From Octopus sinensis (Eukaryota): a stretch of DNA of 64,000 nucleotides. Of the stretch, positions 39,301-53,863 are shown piece by piece. The stretch covers positions 56,048,001 to 56,112,000 of the forward strand of contig NC_043012.1 in NCBI RefSeq assembly GCF_006345805.1. Direction: 5' to 3'. Below the pieces are notes generated by a model. That model ran no database searches, was not told the DNA's origin, and saw nothing but the letters and a program-made list of their open reading frames with translations. How positions within the stretch are numbered: the first letter of the stretch is position 1; every line of letters begins with the position of its first letter. The translations under genes and the position numbers were made by a program.

Positions 39301-40209
39301 CATTTTTTTAACCTAAATCTTAAATTAGGAGAACTATTAACACAAATAAAACAGCTGGTCTTTAAAACCCCATGCAAACTTACATAATCGGGAGTGGTAA
39401 TGAGGTAAAGTAAATACTTGGCATTTAATAACAAAGAGTTTTACATCTCGGGCATTAAAAATGCTCAATACACAATTTTTAATAAGATTTGGTTTACTTT
39501 GTAAAATTTGATACTAGAGTAGCAGGGGTCGGGAATACATTAGATAAAATATATCATGATCAAAAAATATTTATTACAAATCTATGTAATCAACATGTGA
39601 ACTCAAACAGCCAATATGAATCTTTACATCTAAACAAAGAATAGTAGATGCAGAGGAGCTAACTGTATGGTTAATAGGTTGGGAAATATACAAGACCAGT
39701 AAGTTCTACTATAGTCTATTTGTACAAGCCTATCTTAGCTAGACTTAGATGAGTAGCTAGCTAAGAATATAATCTAGTTGTGATGAGGGTAAATAAAAGA
39801 TGTCATTTCAGTTACTCTATAAATAAGTTTTCCATCACTAGGTGTGATGAAGTCTGTGCTTTACTGATGACATCATAGGACTAAAAACATGCCTGGAGCT
39901 GTCTCCTGTGCTTGCCAAAATAATTATATTAATTATACAGTCCAGCAAACTTCCGCAATAGCAGTGAACATTTTATTTACTGTTTCTTTATGTATCAAGG
40001 GTTGAATTTCGTTTAAGTAGTTGACATTTGAATGCAAGGTATTGACAAACCTCAACAAAGGTGAAATGTATCTGGTACACTTGTGAATCACTTCAGCAAT
40101 GTTTATAAGAGATTTTTATCATCTCAAACAATTCCACAGCATTGTGCTTTCTATTGATGCATATACATTTACTATGATATACAGATGGCGATTTTAAATA
40201 AAATAATAC

Positions 40210-40372
40210 TGCCATATTTACTCATGAATAAGTCACAGTATTTTATACTTGATTTTAACAGAAAAAAAATAAAGAAAACCTAGGGTGTGACCTATACATG
40301 GGGCAAAGCTAAAACAATGAAATGAAAAAATTTTGCACCAAGATTTAATGCTAAACACAAGTAAATATGGTA
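40210..40372. mobile_element. Tc1/pogo-like MITE
   Basis: Inverted termini CCATATTTACTCATGAATAAG ... CAAGTAAATATGGTA. Partial related copy at ~13420-13495 (shared AGG(G/T)TGTGACCTAT). Confidence 0.5.
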
Positions 40373-41299
40373 GTTGTTGGCTAATATTTTTTTCCTCACA
40401 ACATAATTATTTCTATTTAGATTCTTTTACATAAAATATGTTAACAAGTAGCTGTAGAAACTTTGACATTTGCTCCAATAATTTACAACAACTGTCTTTT
40501 AAGCATGGCCAACTGAAATAAGAGTTATATTACAGATTCAGATTAAGACTACAGATACCTCCATCATTGTTTTAATGGCCACTTTTCCATGTTTACATGG
40601 GTTAGATGGATATATTGAGGCAGACCCGCTACAGCCAATGCCTTTCTTGTCTCTAAGCAAGGTAGTATTTCCCCATGGCCAAACATGTTTTTGCAATATA
40701 TTGGAAATGAATGACATTCATTTACGACAGTTATGCGATGCCAAGACAAAGACACACACACATGGCAGGCTTCTTTCAGTTTTCACCAACAAATCCACTC
40801 ACAAGGCTTTGGTCAACCCAGAACTATGGTAGAAGACACTTGCACTAGATACCATACAGTGGAACTGAACCTGAAATCATGTGATTGAGAACCAAACTCC
40901 TTCACCAACATTAATATTTATTTAGTTATAAAAATTAAGAATTTTTAACATAAGTTTTAAGTTAAGTCAACTGTGATCATACCAAAACAAACAATATTAG
41001 TTAAAGTAGGTAATAAGGTTTATAACATTCCCTAACACATTGTGTTATATTTTTAAACCACTATTTGCTGTTTTATTGGCCTTTAAAAGGAACTCATATC
41101 AATATTGATAATAAAACAAACTATCCAACATATGTATTTATAGTAGAATTTCAAAGTCTGTTTGCTAATCAAGTAACTTTATTCAGAGGCACTGTGGCTG
41201 TCATGCATCTCCTACACTCTCTTCATGTTACTATGCCACACATGAGTTAAATCAGTATGGTAAAATTTTGAGGTTTGTTTGCTAGGTCTAATTGATCAA

Positions 41300-41460
41300 G
41301 TGATCGCAGCTAGAAATAGCAGTCAAATATCCTTCAAATCACACCCTACCAACTTAAGGAAAAAAAGTTACATCAGATAATGGCTGAAAAAAACAAATAG
41401 TCATAACTGGAATACTTTTGATCATAACTGACATTTAAATATGACCTGGGGTTAAACTCT
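41300..41460 (+). mobile_element. Repeat family G (AGAAATAGCAGCCAAATCTCCCTCAAATCACACC motif, (CAA)n-type tail)
   Basis: The motif recurs at ~18890, 20130-20380(-), 32130-32270, 43780, 59000-59140, 59570-59750 and 61900(-). Class (SINE or LINE tail) not determined. Confidence 0.55.
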
Positions 41461-42612
41461 ATATGTACAGAAATAGATTGAACAGGAAAAACAATACATA
41501 TTCAGACTAATGCTTATTTATTTAGGTTTGCTTGATCAAAACTAACCTGGGACTATACAGCAGCAACAACAACTACAAACCATTTTAATGTCAATGTTAC
41601 ATGCAATATAATGTTATGCACACACATGCATATACAAATGTACATATGATAAATGAATGTACATATGAATAATTAAATGTTTATTCATAAATGCATGTGG
41701 TAGAAAACCCTGGTTAAAGAATGCAAGCAGCTAGGGAGTATCAAGCCATCAAGCATTTGAATCTTATAACACCCACTTCAGATCAACTATAGCTCTAACA
41801 TGATTTCCAAATGAGTCACATTTTATGTAGAATGTGACAAAGGAATGACAAACATCTTTTCTTCTTTTACAATGCTTCCAACAAGTGATGTTGAATAAGC
41901 ATGATTCTTCTGGCAGCAGGCAGATTTTTCAAACTTTATATCAGTATTTTGCACATAAAGTGAAGTTTTCTTAAAACCCATTAGCGCCCATGGTTTTTAG
42001 GACCAGCAGTGCCGGTGGCACGTAAAAAGCACCCACTACACTCTCGGAGTGGTTGGCATTAGGAACGGCATCCAGCTGTAGAAACACTGCCAGATCAGAC
42101 TGGAGCCTGGTGCAGCCTTCTGGCTTGCCAGATCCCTGGTCGAACCATCCAACCCATGCTAGCATGGAGAACAGACGTTAAACGATGATGATGATGATGA
42201 TGAAGGATAATCCATCATATTTCTGCAACACCTGTATTTTCCTGAGATATCTTTAGCTAGTCATCAAGACTGGAGTGTCTTTCAAATATTACACCCATCT
42301 GATGTATATTGGCACCACTGATGTCTTAGAGTACAGTGAGAAAATCTCAAGGGAAAGAATACACCCAGTTTCATCTATTATTCAATCAAAAATTCTTTGG
42401 TAGGTACTTATATCCAACCTATATTTGTATACAGTATAAATAATTGTTCTAACTGTCCTATAAAGTCAAGAAAATCTTTGAAAGTAATTTTGTTCAAATA
42501 TAGCATACTCTAAAAAAAAAATTGGTAATAAAGAAAAAAAAAAACCTGGGCACTAATGGGTTAATCTCCAGCTGTAGTCAAGGTTCTGTTAACAACAGTG
42601 ACCAAAAAAACC

Positions 42613-42837
42613 TTCACCCATTAGCATTTAAACTGGTCATATCCAGCCCAAATATTCTACCTGCTTTATGTTTAAACTGGCTAGATCTGACTTCTTACAT
42701 CTATCCTACAATGTCATTCTGAAAAATAGACAATCACATCATTGAAATCTTGGAATTACAAGACATACATGATTAATTCAGAACATGAATACATAAGCAT
42801 TACATCTGACAGACAAATCTGAATGCTGCAGGGTTAA
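42613..42837 (+). mobile_element. TTAA-flanked piggyBac-like MITE (TIR CCCTTTAGCATT)
   Basis: TTCACCCATTAGCATTT ... AATGCTGCAGGGTTAA. Further copies at 42990-43191 (opposite orientation) and 47614-47827. Confidence 0.65.
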
Positions 42838-43860
42838 TCTTCATTGACATAATGGAACTGTTAAGAGAGGTAAATGGCCATCGAGTTCAGGGTTTCATAT
42901 TTACTTCATGTGTTGAAGTGTTGCACATACTAATTTTGTACAGACCCCATCCAATCAATATTGTAAGACTTTTTTTCAGTGTCCATCTTTTAACCTTTTA
43001 GCTTTAAGATTATTCTGTCAAATGTAATGCTTATTTATTCACATTATTTTTAATTAATCATGCATTTCAATTGTATTGTAGATTTTTAGAATGACATTGC
43101 CGGGTAGGTATGAGATGCTGGATCTGACCAGTTTGAACATGAAACAGAATATTTAGTCTGAATATGGCAGATTTAAATGCTAAAATGTTAAACACAGTAG
43201 AGACTGAAAACTGTACATTACAGCATACGACATATGATAATCTATTATATGTATCTGAGGTTTGATTCTTTTTAAATCCTCTTATGTAGATTCCTTTAAA
43301 ATTGTCTGGTGCAAGAGTCACGTACCTTAACCAATATGTTAGTTCTACTTATTTCTTTGACTATTCCAGACTGTGACTCTTTCTATGTTGTCCTAGAAAT
43401 TCAAAACTTCACCATTTTAATACCAAGCTGCCAGACAGTAATATGTTTATAGTTGAATTTAAAACCACCATTGGAATCTTGTAACAGCAATGATATTGGT
43501 TAAATTATCAACACAAACATAATATACTCCCATATAAAAAATATATATATAAATTTACAGCTATTTTACTAAATCACTCCAAAATCTAGATATATAGTGT
43601 GTGTATATAGTTACATATTTTATGATTTTATGCTATAACTATAAAATCTTTATATCTAAATTTCACTGAAACCAGACAATCTACTCATAGAAATACAGTG
43701 ACAAAGAAGTTAAAACCCATTCTCCCTAAACAAAGTACAACCCAACAAAGCAACTTATATGCAGTTGCTCAACCTACTAAGAAATAGCAGCCAAATTTCC
43801 TACAAGTTACACCTTACCATCTTAAAGAGGTAAGAGGAGTGTGAAGAAAAAAATGAGATA

Positions 43861-44072
43861 CTCTTTTACTTGTTTCAGTCATTTGACTGTGGCCATGCTG
43901 GAGCACCGCCTTCAGTCGAGCAAATCGATCCCAGGACTTATTCTTTGTAAGCCTAGTACTTATTCTATCAGTCTCTTTTGCCGAACCGCTAAGATACGGG
44001 GACGTAAACACACCAGCATCGGTTGTCAAGCGATGTTGGGGGCACAAACACAGATACACACACATATATATA

Positions 44073-44109
<37 letters not shown>

Positions 44110-44256
44110 CGGGCTTCTTTCAGTTTCCACCTACCAAATTCACTCACAAGGTTTTGGTCAGCTTGAGGCTATAGTAGAAGTCACTTGCCCAAGGTGCCAC
44201 ACAGTGGGACTGAACCTGGAACCATGTGGTTTGTAAGCAAGCTACTTATCACACAC
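43861..44256 (-). mobile_element. SINE family A, full-length well-preserved copy
   Basis: Has all segments of 13629-13997 in reverse orientation, an internal (TA)n, and many retained CpGs. Confidence 0.85.
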
Positions 44257-47111
44257 CCCTACCACATTTACAATACCATTGACTGTAGATCAGCTTGATC
44301 AGAACTGGCCTAAGGCTAAATATCATCAACATATAATAGTGATTTGAAGGAGTTGATAATATACAGGTTAAAGGATTGACATAAAAGTTTAATGCAATCA
44401 CTAATTTTCAAGGAGCTTAGTGATGGTCTTTGCCACCAAGGAAAATAGTTAATGTCATATATACCAAAGAGGAAAGTCAATACCTAACTTTTTTGGCAGA
44501 TCAGTTGATTCCCAGACAAAACAAACAAGAAAAAAAAAAGTTTCTTATCTGTCTCAAGTTAAAACTAAATAACTGAAATTATAACTAGTACATCCTCCTA
44601 TATCATAACCAGTTTTACACCATAAATCACTTGTCAGGTAAGGTAACAGTTACAAAAAAAAAAAAAAAAGGTAAATATGACAATTGGAAGTATTTGATGT
44701 CATGGTTTGCCAAAGTCTGTAAGAGAAATATAATCAAAAACGAGGGAAGTCAGCCAACAGGTATTGTTTAGCTTAACGAATGATACATTTTTGCCAACCA
44801 ATCAAAGTTTACAAGTACTTTAGGAAAATTACTGGCTATTTGGCTCTACAAGTATTGCGGTAGCAATTATTCTCACCGCTTCGTTATTATACAATAGGGT
44901 TTTAACAAGTCCTGTAGCAACAGCAAATTACATAGAATCACTCATATCCAATATGTTTTATTTACCTGATTGGAGCAATCGTATTTAGACATAAATTAGT
45001 TTCTTTTAATCTATTAACAGTAAATCTAAATAACCATTTCTTGTATTGGCACCAGGCCAGAAATTTTATAAAGGAAGGGGAGAGTCAACAGAAATAACTC
45101 CAGTCAATTATTTTTTGAACCTTATTTTGTTGACTTTGGATTTGAGATGAAAAGCCAGTGTAATTTGAGCAAAATATACAGGGGAAAATATTTGCTGGAG
45201 AGAAATAATAAAAAAAAGAAAAGAAAAAGAAAAAAAGAATTTCTATTGATACATTTTAGCACCATATCAACATTAACCAAGCAGACCTACAACCAAAGGT
45301 ATTCTAGGAATATTGGACATAATTTTTAACAACAAAATCTTGTACGGATCCCCAGAGGCCATGTGGATCCCAGTTGAGGACCACTGCACTTCTTTATAAA
45401 ATGAAGATGTAGAAATGAGATCAATTTCAAGGCTGAGCAACAGCATAGAGGTCCCCACTACCTCACTGGTTTAAAACTATTACATTCGAACACTGAGGTC
45501 AAAGTTCAAAAACAACATTAGAGAGGAACCAGGTTAAGTCAGTTAATAAGAGTCTTGTACAACTACACAAGATATCAACCCCTACAACTCGTCATCAGTA
45601 TTACGTTGTACCTATAGAGCCAAGATATTCAGTACTTGCTGGCTCAGGCCATTAAGCAGTAAATAGACACTGCAAACAGGTACAACTCACAACAGTAAGA
45701 AACAGGTACATAATAGTTTCTAACATGAATTTGAGGGAAGGGGTCATCTGATTAAATCAACCCCAGTACTTGACTGGTACTTTACTGATCTAAAAAAAAA
45801 ATTATCATTCACAGAATTAATGTCAGTGGAATTTGAACTCAGAATGGAAATACCCAGAACAAACATCACAAGGCATTTTGTCTAATGCTTTAACAATTTT
45901 GCCATAATTATCTACTGTTCTGTTAAAGTCTGGTGCCAAATATTAGTTCATTTACAAAACACCAATCTTGTGAATTCTTCCCAAGGAGATTCTGAAAGAG
46001 ATTCCAAAAGCAGCAGAATCGGTAGGTTCAATGTCCTGCTGACTCTTTTAAAGATGTAAGAGGATACTTAACAATACAGAATAGCTAGTGTTGTTGTTGC
46101 TTAATTATCCAGTACCTTTCACTGAATCACTAAGTCATGAGGATGTGAACAAACAACACTGGTTGTCAAGTGGTGGTGGACACACAGACACACACACTGT
46201 TTCTGTCTACAGCCACTCACAAGGGACTAGTTGGCCCAGGGCTATAGAAGACACTTGCCCAAGGTGCCACACAGTGGGACTGACTCCAGAATCACATGGT
46301 AGCAAAGCAAGTTTCTTAACTACACAGCCATGCCTGGACCTACAAGAGGGATTTTGCATGCTATTTCTGACGGAACAACCAACCAGACAAGGCACTCTTG
46401 TTGGCTTATTACAACCAGTGTAGAGTAGTATGAGGCTGAGAAGCAACCAATTAAACAAAGATATTCTTAATAAACAACTTTCCATTTGACAAAGTGGAGA
46501 GAAAATACAAAAAGGTGAGGAAAAAACATTTCATAAACAATATTTTATCAAAAATATTACATTGCTTTAATCCTTTTGAAGGAGTATTTTTTACGATATT
46601 GCAGCATAACAATAATTGTTCTGTGTGTTTAAAACGTTCCCAATAAAATAAGCAACTAAGCATAATACTACAAAAAAAAAAAATAAATAAAATGAAATGA
46701 AAAAAATATAATAAACAGTGGTGAATATCTATGTAGATAAAATTCCAAACAATTTTCAATGCATTCCTATTTTTATCTTATCAATATCAGTCTTTATATT
46801 AGGTTTCAGCTCACCAATTGTCAGAGAAACACGATAGAAGATGTTTTCTAATACAAAAATAAAACAGGCTACTTTATGTTGGACTTGCTTCCTTTGAAAA
46901 CTACAGTTTACTTAACAATCCTTATGTTCGCATGAGGGGTTTAGATAACCAGAGGGAGCCTGATGTCCTAACAAAAACAGGTACAGAATTTTTCTACATG
47001 TCAGCAGCAGAAACAACATGGCCAGGAGGATGCAACAGAGCCACCAGGGCCCCAAGGGAACGCCTTTGGCTATCCGAGCCCTTCCCAGTCTTCGTTTATT
47101 TAGTACCTTAC

Positions 47112-47341
47112 TGCTCAGGTATTTTTATTTCACAGTCAGCTACAGAACAACGAGTCTTTGTGTTGCTACAACTGCTGCTGCTGATGTTGCTGCTGCTGAT
47201 CCTGTTGCTGGTGCTACTGCTGTTGCAATCACCGCAGTCAGTAAGGCAGAACGAAGAAACAGAAAATAGTTTGTATGCACTGATGCTCACTTTAATTAGA
47301 TTCTCGTAACTAGTGTCTAGTCTAGTCTGTTCAAATAGTGG
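47112..47341 (-). other. Candidate non-coding 5'UTR exon of SLMAP (230 nt)
   Basis: Strong polypyrimidine acceptor TCTATCTTTCTTTATCTTTCTTTCTGCAG| and donor GCA|GTAAGG. Same strand as SLMAP, no ATG inside, CAG/CAA-rich, more CpG than its flanks. Confidence 0.5.
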
Positions 47342-49306
47342 CTGCAGAAAGAAAGATAAAGAAAGATAGAACTTAGGCACAGGGCTTAACATCTGGATCT
47401 AATATAGAACAATAGAACTAAGATATTTCATCTCAGCTTTAGTAGGTCATTAAAACAGTGGTCATGTATTTACGTGAAGAGCTTTGCCTGGTGCCTAATC
47501 GCATCACACATAAAAAGCTGGCCTGGAGGTAATAACTTCACCAGCTTCAAAATTAAACTACATGTAAATTACAAAAGAATGCTTTAGAATATTTCAATAT
47601 TCTTCCATTGGCTTTAAGCTTTTAGCATTTAAGCTGGGCAAAATATTCTACATGCTTTATGTCCAAAGTGGCCACATCTGACCCTTCATACTTAACCTAC
47701 AATGTCATTCTAAATATAAGCTTTCACATCATCAAAATCTTGAAACTACAGGATAAATATTAATCCGAAACAATGTGACTAAGTAAGCACTACACTTAAC
47801 AGAATAATCTGAATGGTAAAGGGTTAAGGACAGCTTAGTTAGCATTGTCAACCAGGGTTCATATGGCCCTTGAAGTTCCATATGAGACTTTGTTGTAAAA
47901 ATATATATGCAATAAGTTGGTTAACCCTTTTGATACCAAATCACACAAGACCATCTGTGGATTTATGATACAATCTTCCTATTTTAAAGTGAACTAAATT
48001 AAAACCTTCCATAAAAATTTCATTAAGTTATGTTCCAAACTCCAGTTCAATAATGATAGCTATTTTACTAATTTCTTCATTATTAGCAAAATAAATTAAA
48101 ACAAAAGGCAGTTTACATCTATAGGTGTGGCTGTATGGTAAGAAGCTTGCCTCTTAACCACATGATTCTGGTTTCAGTCTCAATGCGTGGCACCTAGGGC
48201 AAGTGTCTTTTACTATAGCCTTTGGCTGACCAAAGCTTTGTGAGAGGATCTGATAGATAGAAACCGAAAGAAGCCCTTTGTAAGTAAATGTGTGTGTGTA
48301 TGTGTCTACCATCGCTGATGTTGGTGTGTTGACGTCTTCATAACTTAGCAGTTCGGCAAAAGAGACAGATAGAATACGTATTAAGGTTTACAAATAAGTC
48401 CAGCAGTTGATTTCTTCAAAAAAAAACTAGCATGGCCACAGTCAAATGACTGAAACAAGTAAAATAAAGAATAAAATATTCTAATTTTATACAATTCCTA
48501 ATAATATTTAATGACAAAATAACAGGGTTTTTTTTTCCTTAAATATACATCAAATGGTTATGGAAATCCAGTAGAGTGTAATAGGAATGAAAGGGGTCCA
48601 TAAAAAAAAAATGGTTGAGAACCACTGATCAAACCATGCAAACAAATCAATGAGGGTGCCTCTAAGTGGTTTCCCAACCTACTAGAAATAAGCAAAGCCT
48701 ATTTCAAATGATAGTTGCCAGTCTTGAAAAATAAAGCAAGACACAACAGATGTTGTAGTCCCACAAAAGCAATGCTTGAAACAAAAATGGAATATTCCTG
48801 GTTTGACATCTTTCATCATTAATAGGTCTTATTCTGTCAGAGCAAGACTTGATGTTTAAAAACAACAGCCACCTTAGGAATTACAAAAATGTACTTCCAA
48901 AGAAATTTAATCCCAAGTAGATTATTTTATTTTATATTGGGAAGTTGCAAGTTCAAATCCTGCCACAATATTTTGCTTTTCATTTCCCTGGAGTTGCTTA
49001 AATGATTAAGTACCAAAATTGTAACGAGGAATTCAGAAGATTAAACCACTGCTATAACAATTAGTCTTACATATATTAATTTTCTCTCTTTCTCTCTCTT
49101 ACACACACTCACACACACACTATCATCATCATTTAACGTCCATCTTCCATGCTGACATGGGTTGGACATTTTGACAGGAGCTGGTCAGGTAGAAGACTAT
49201 ACCTGGCTACTGTCCGTCTTGGCATGGTTTTTACAGCTGGATGCTCTTCCTAACACCAGCCACCTCAGAGTGGACCGAGTGCTTTTTATGTGGCACTATG
49301 TATGTA

Positions 49307-49450
<144 letters not shown>

Positions 49451-52400
49451 ACACAGCCATGGATGTGTAGTGAGAACTTTACTTCCCAACCACATGGCTC
49501 CAGATTCAGTCCCATTGCATGGCACCATCAGCAAGTATCTTCTGCTATAGCCTCAGGCTGACCAATGCCTTGTGAGTGGATTTGGTAAATGGAAACTGTG
49601 TTTTTCTTCCCAACACTGAGTGACAACTGATGTTGATTTGTTTACATCTGTAACTTAGTGGTTTGGTGAAAAAAGACCAATAGAATAAGAGCCAGATTTT
49701 AAAAATAAGCACTGGGATTGATTTGCTTGGCGACACCCTTCAAGGCAGTGGCCCAGAATGGCTGTAGTCCAATGAGTGAAGCAAGATAAAACACACACAC
49801 ACACACCACACAGAGAGTAGTGCCTACAATTATGTCTGTACCATGATTTCATGCTAGTGTCCAGAATAAATATGTATCCAACAATCTTCAGTAAACTGTC
49901 AGTAAGGCTGAAGAAAAAGATAGGCTTTGTGTGTGTGTGTGTGTGTGTGCATATACATAAATATATACATACATGTACGTGTGTGTATGCATATATATAT
50001 ATATATATGCACATACATATGTGTGTTTGTATGTGTGTGTATACATGTACACGCAAATATATACACCTATACATATACAAATATTAGTTAAGATTGCTCA
50101 CTGCATCATTATCTTGCATTTAAGTTTCTTCGATAAAAGTTACTAAATCCCAACAGAACAAATTGTATCATTGTGCTAAAGTGCAGGACAGGAGTGTTGG
50201 CAGCAGGGAAGGGTGCTGGCTGAGCTCTTACATAAACAACGAGAAGTACTGACTGCTTTCAGTCACAACTTATGAAGGATTGGTAAGCAATACTGATCTG
50301 AATAATAAATTACTATCTCAAAACATAGCTGTTATTCAACAATAAAAATAAACAAACTAAAACAGAAAAAAACAAGAGAATGGTTCAGCAAAAGATATCT
50401 TCAACAACTACAAAATCCTGCAACTTTCAAGTCGATATTTTGTGGAGTTAGTCCACCTTTTAATCAAATTTAAACCTCCAGTAAACACTGTCTTTTATGT
50501 TTCTGGATATGTGCAGCTTTGTGTTATGATTTCAGACTTAATCTCAACATTGATTGATATTTACAAACTGTTACTTATATATAATATATATTATATACAT
50601 GCATACATACAGACACACAAACATACACATACAAAAATATACATACAGACACACAAACATACACACATACATACAAAAATATACATACACATGTAAAGAT
50701 ATACACATAAGAATATACACAGGTTGACATGTATAAACTAGATTTATACCTGTGTATCATCACATACAATACTTTTTCTCACAATGCAGAAACTTTCATC
50801 ACGAATATATATTTACACGTGTTAGATTTTTATGAGTTGAATGCATACATAAGCTTATTGTTCAAACAATGAAAGGATGCCACATGCTTACATTTTAAAC
50901 AAAGCAGGATGTGTGAAGCGGACTAGAAACACAAGTCCTGTTCATATTTGAACTGACAACTTTTTATTGACATCTTAATATCACGACTACAAAACTATGT
51001 CTCTCCAATGCAAATCATAAACATCCATAGCAACACACATTGAGCGTTGAGATTGTTTTCAAATCTAATGCATCTGCAGCTAGTTCGTGCCTCATCCGTG
51101 TGATTTGATTTGCATAAGAGGCTCGCTTTGCAATCGCCAGGTTTTTGGTTCAGTCCCATAACACAGCACCATGGGCAAGTTTCTTCTACTACAGCCCCAG
51201 GATGACCAAAGTCTTGCGAGTGAATTTGGTAGGGGGGAACTGAGAAAAGCTTGTTGACTATGTGTATGTGTGTGTGTACACACACACGTATTATGTAAAA
51301 GTTTGATTCGGCCCCATGCAACTCTAAGTTTCATAGTGTCTTTACAAGAACCTAGCTTGCTGGGCTATGAGTGCATGTGTGTCTGCATGGCCAAGGGTAA
51401 TTTGCGTAAATAAAACAACTATCAAAGAGAATAGTTTCTAATTTTGGCACAAGGTCAGCAATTTTGTGGGATGGAATCAGTTGATTACAATCAGCTCCAG
51501 TGCTCAACTGGTACGTATTTTATGACCTCAAAAAGATGAAACGCAAAGTTGACCTCAGCAGCATTTGAACTTGGAATGTAAAGACACAAAATGCTACTAA
51601 AGAATTTGGCCAGCATGCCAATGATTCCACCCACTTGCCACCTTAGCAAAGAGAAATAATGGCATGAATGCAGAAGACATTCCTGACTTTGCTTAACACA
51701 CGAAATGTATAATTTTCAGTCTCTGGATTCTAGTTCAATTCTGAGATCATAGTGGATAAATTTTTTTTCAAGCACAGACACATTCACACACACCTTTTGC
51801 AGTCAGATGCCCTTCCTATATCCAATTACACAATAATGAAGTACAGGTCAAACTCATTCAGCGTCCACACAGATGGAAGCAAAGTAGAGTCATGTATCTT
51901 ATTTGGAGATGCTACTACACAATAACTATATACCAATTATTGTTTGGGTAATATAACAACTGCTATGAGGTAAGCATACTATACTTAATATGCTTATGTT
52001 AATACAAATGACTGGAAAATAGCATTTGCAACATTCATTTATTTTTATGGATTTCAAAATTCTTGAAAAAAAAATTGAGATTAAAAAAAAAAGGGTAAAA
52101 GCTATAATATGAAGGTGTGCTACTAATCAAGAAATACCTTATGCTTTTTTTTTTTTTTTGCAGACATCAAAGATTGTGCACTCTGTACACAGCTGAAGGT
52201 TTATAAATAACTTGTACAATAAATAGAGTGCAATCATTCTGGATGTTAGTAGAGGAATGTGTGAAGAGCAGAGAAACAACATCAGTTAAAATGAAAAGGT
52301 GTAAGAATTTATGCCGCTTAACCTTTTGTATCAGGTTACATTAAAAAAGCGAATTTCACCCCTAAAGTGCTTCAGCTCTCATTTCTTTGTGATTGATTTT

Positions 52401-53641
52401 AAGCCCAGTTTCAAGTAACCAAAATTTTACACGTAGAATAGACTGTTTGAAGCAAGCAAATTTCTACAGCACAGGTATGCAGCTATATTAATAATGCTGA
52501 AGGAAGCTATATTAAACTGAAAGCTTTTACCTGAAACTAGCTATCAAATTCCTATAAGCTAATAATTTCTAACTACATCCTAAAATTTTAATTATTGCAA
52601 TGTTCAATTTCTCTAATTTGGAGTCATTTCCTTTACTAATTTTAGCAGAAAAGTGCTCGTGCACACAGAGAGAGAGAGAGAGATGGCATCTGCATGAAAA
52701 TATGAGTATTTACAAAATAATCATGTGCTCAATGTTTGCTTTAAAAAAAAAGAAAGCAGGGTATAATTTAGTGTATATGTGCATATGTATATAAATACAC
52801 ACGCACACACTGGATATATATATATATAGGGAGGGGTGTTATATTTTATTAACTATGCCATTAATTCTATCACATGCTTTCATGTTGGTATCCATTTGGA
52901 TAAATATCCATTTAGATACCAGCATGTGACTTTGATATGGACTTTATGATATCACTTCTATATTGCATTTACGTTTTTATTTGAATTCCATTTGGAGAGC
53001 ATACTCTCTATGCTCTATAGAAATGTTCTCTTGGTGAAATAGTTAATGCTAACATTCCTATACACTTTATATCATTTTTGCTCATTATCATCACATCAAG
53101 TATATCTTAGAATTATCTTATCTCTAGTTTGGCGTTTTTTCTTTATTTTTTGTTTTTCCTTTTTTTTTTCCTTCCTAAATGTCAAAAAAAAAAAAGTTTG
53201 CAGTAATTGTTCAAAAGTGTTTTGAATAGAAACCAGAAATGTAATAGGATTATTATCAGTACATTAGAATATGAATTTAATGAGTATATATAAGGCAACT
53301 GTGTGTGTAAAATTCTACTCATATTCATGGTATAAAACTACCCAGGAATATTTCAACAGCAGTCAGTTACAAGTGTTGTTTTGACTCAGTATATCTTCTA
53401 TCTTTCGCTTGCTTTAATCACTGGACTGCAGCCATGATAGGGCACCACCTTGAGGAATTTTTAGTTGAATGAATTGATCCCAGTTCTTTTCTTTCCTTTT
53501 TAATTCTGGTACCTATTCTATCAACCTCTTTTGCTGAACCGCTAAGTTATGGTGACAAACACACCAACATCAGCCGTCGAGCAGTGATGGACGACAAATA
53601 AATATATCACACACACACACACAGAGGTTTCTTTCAGTTTC

Positions 53642-53863
53642 TTATTTCTTTATTGCCCACAAGGGGCTAAACATAGAGGGAACAAACAAAGGGATTAAGT
53701 CGATTACATCAACCCCAGTGTGTAACTGGTACTTAATTTATTGACCTCGAAAGGATGAAAGGCAAAGTCGACCTCGGCAGAATTTGAACTAAGAATGTAA
53801 CGGCAGACAAAATACCGCTAAACATTTCATCCGGCGTGCTAACATTTCTGCCAGCTCGCTGCC
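53642..53863 (-). mobile_element. SINE family B inserted in a family A SINE, 14 bp TSD
   Basis: Flanked by TTTCTTTCAGTTTC at 53628-53641 and 53864-53877. The host family A copy spans ~53400-54000. Confidence 0.9.

Noticed and set aside
50232-50328. Minus-strand pseudo-exon (AACAG|...TAT|GTAAGA), possible extra 5'UTR exon
   Set aside because: Splice-like pairs are frequent in AT-rich introns; no independent support.
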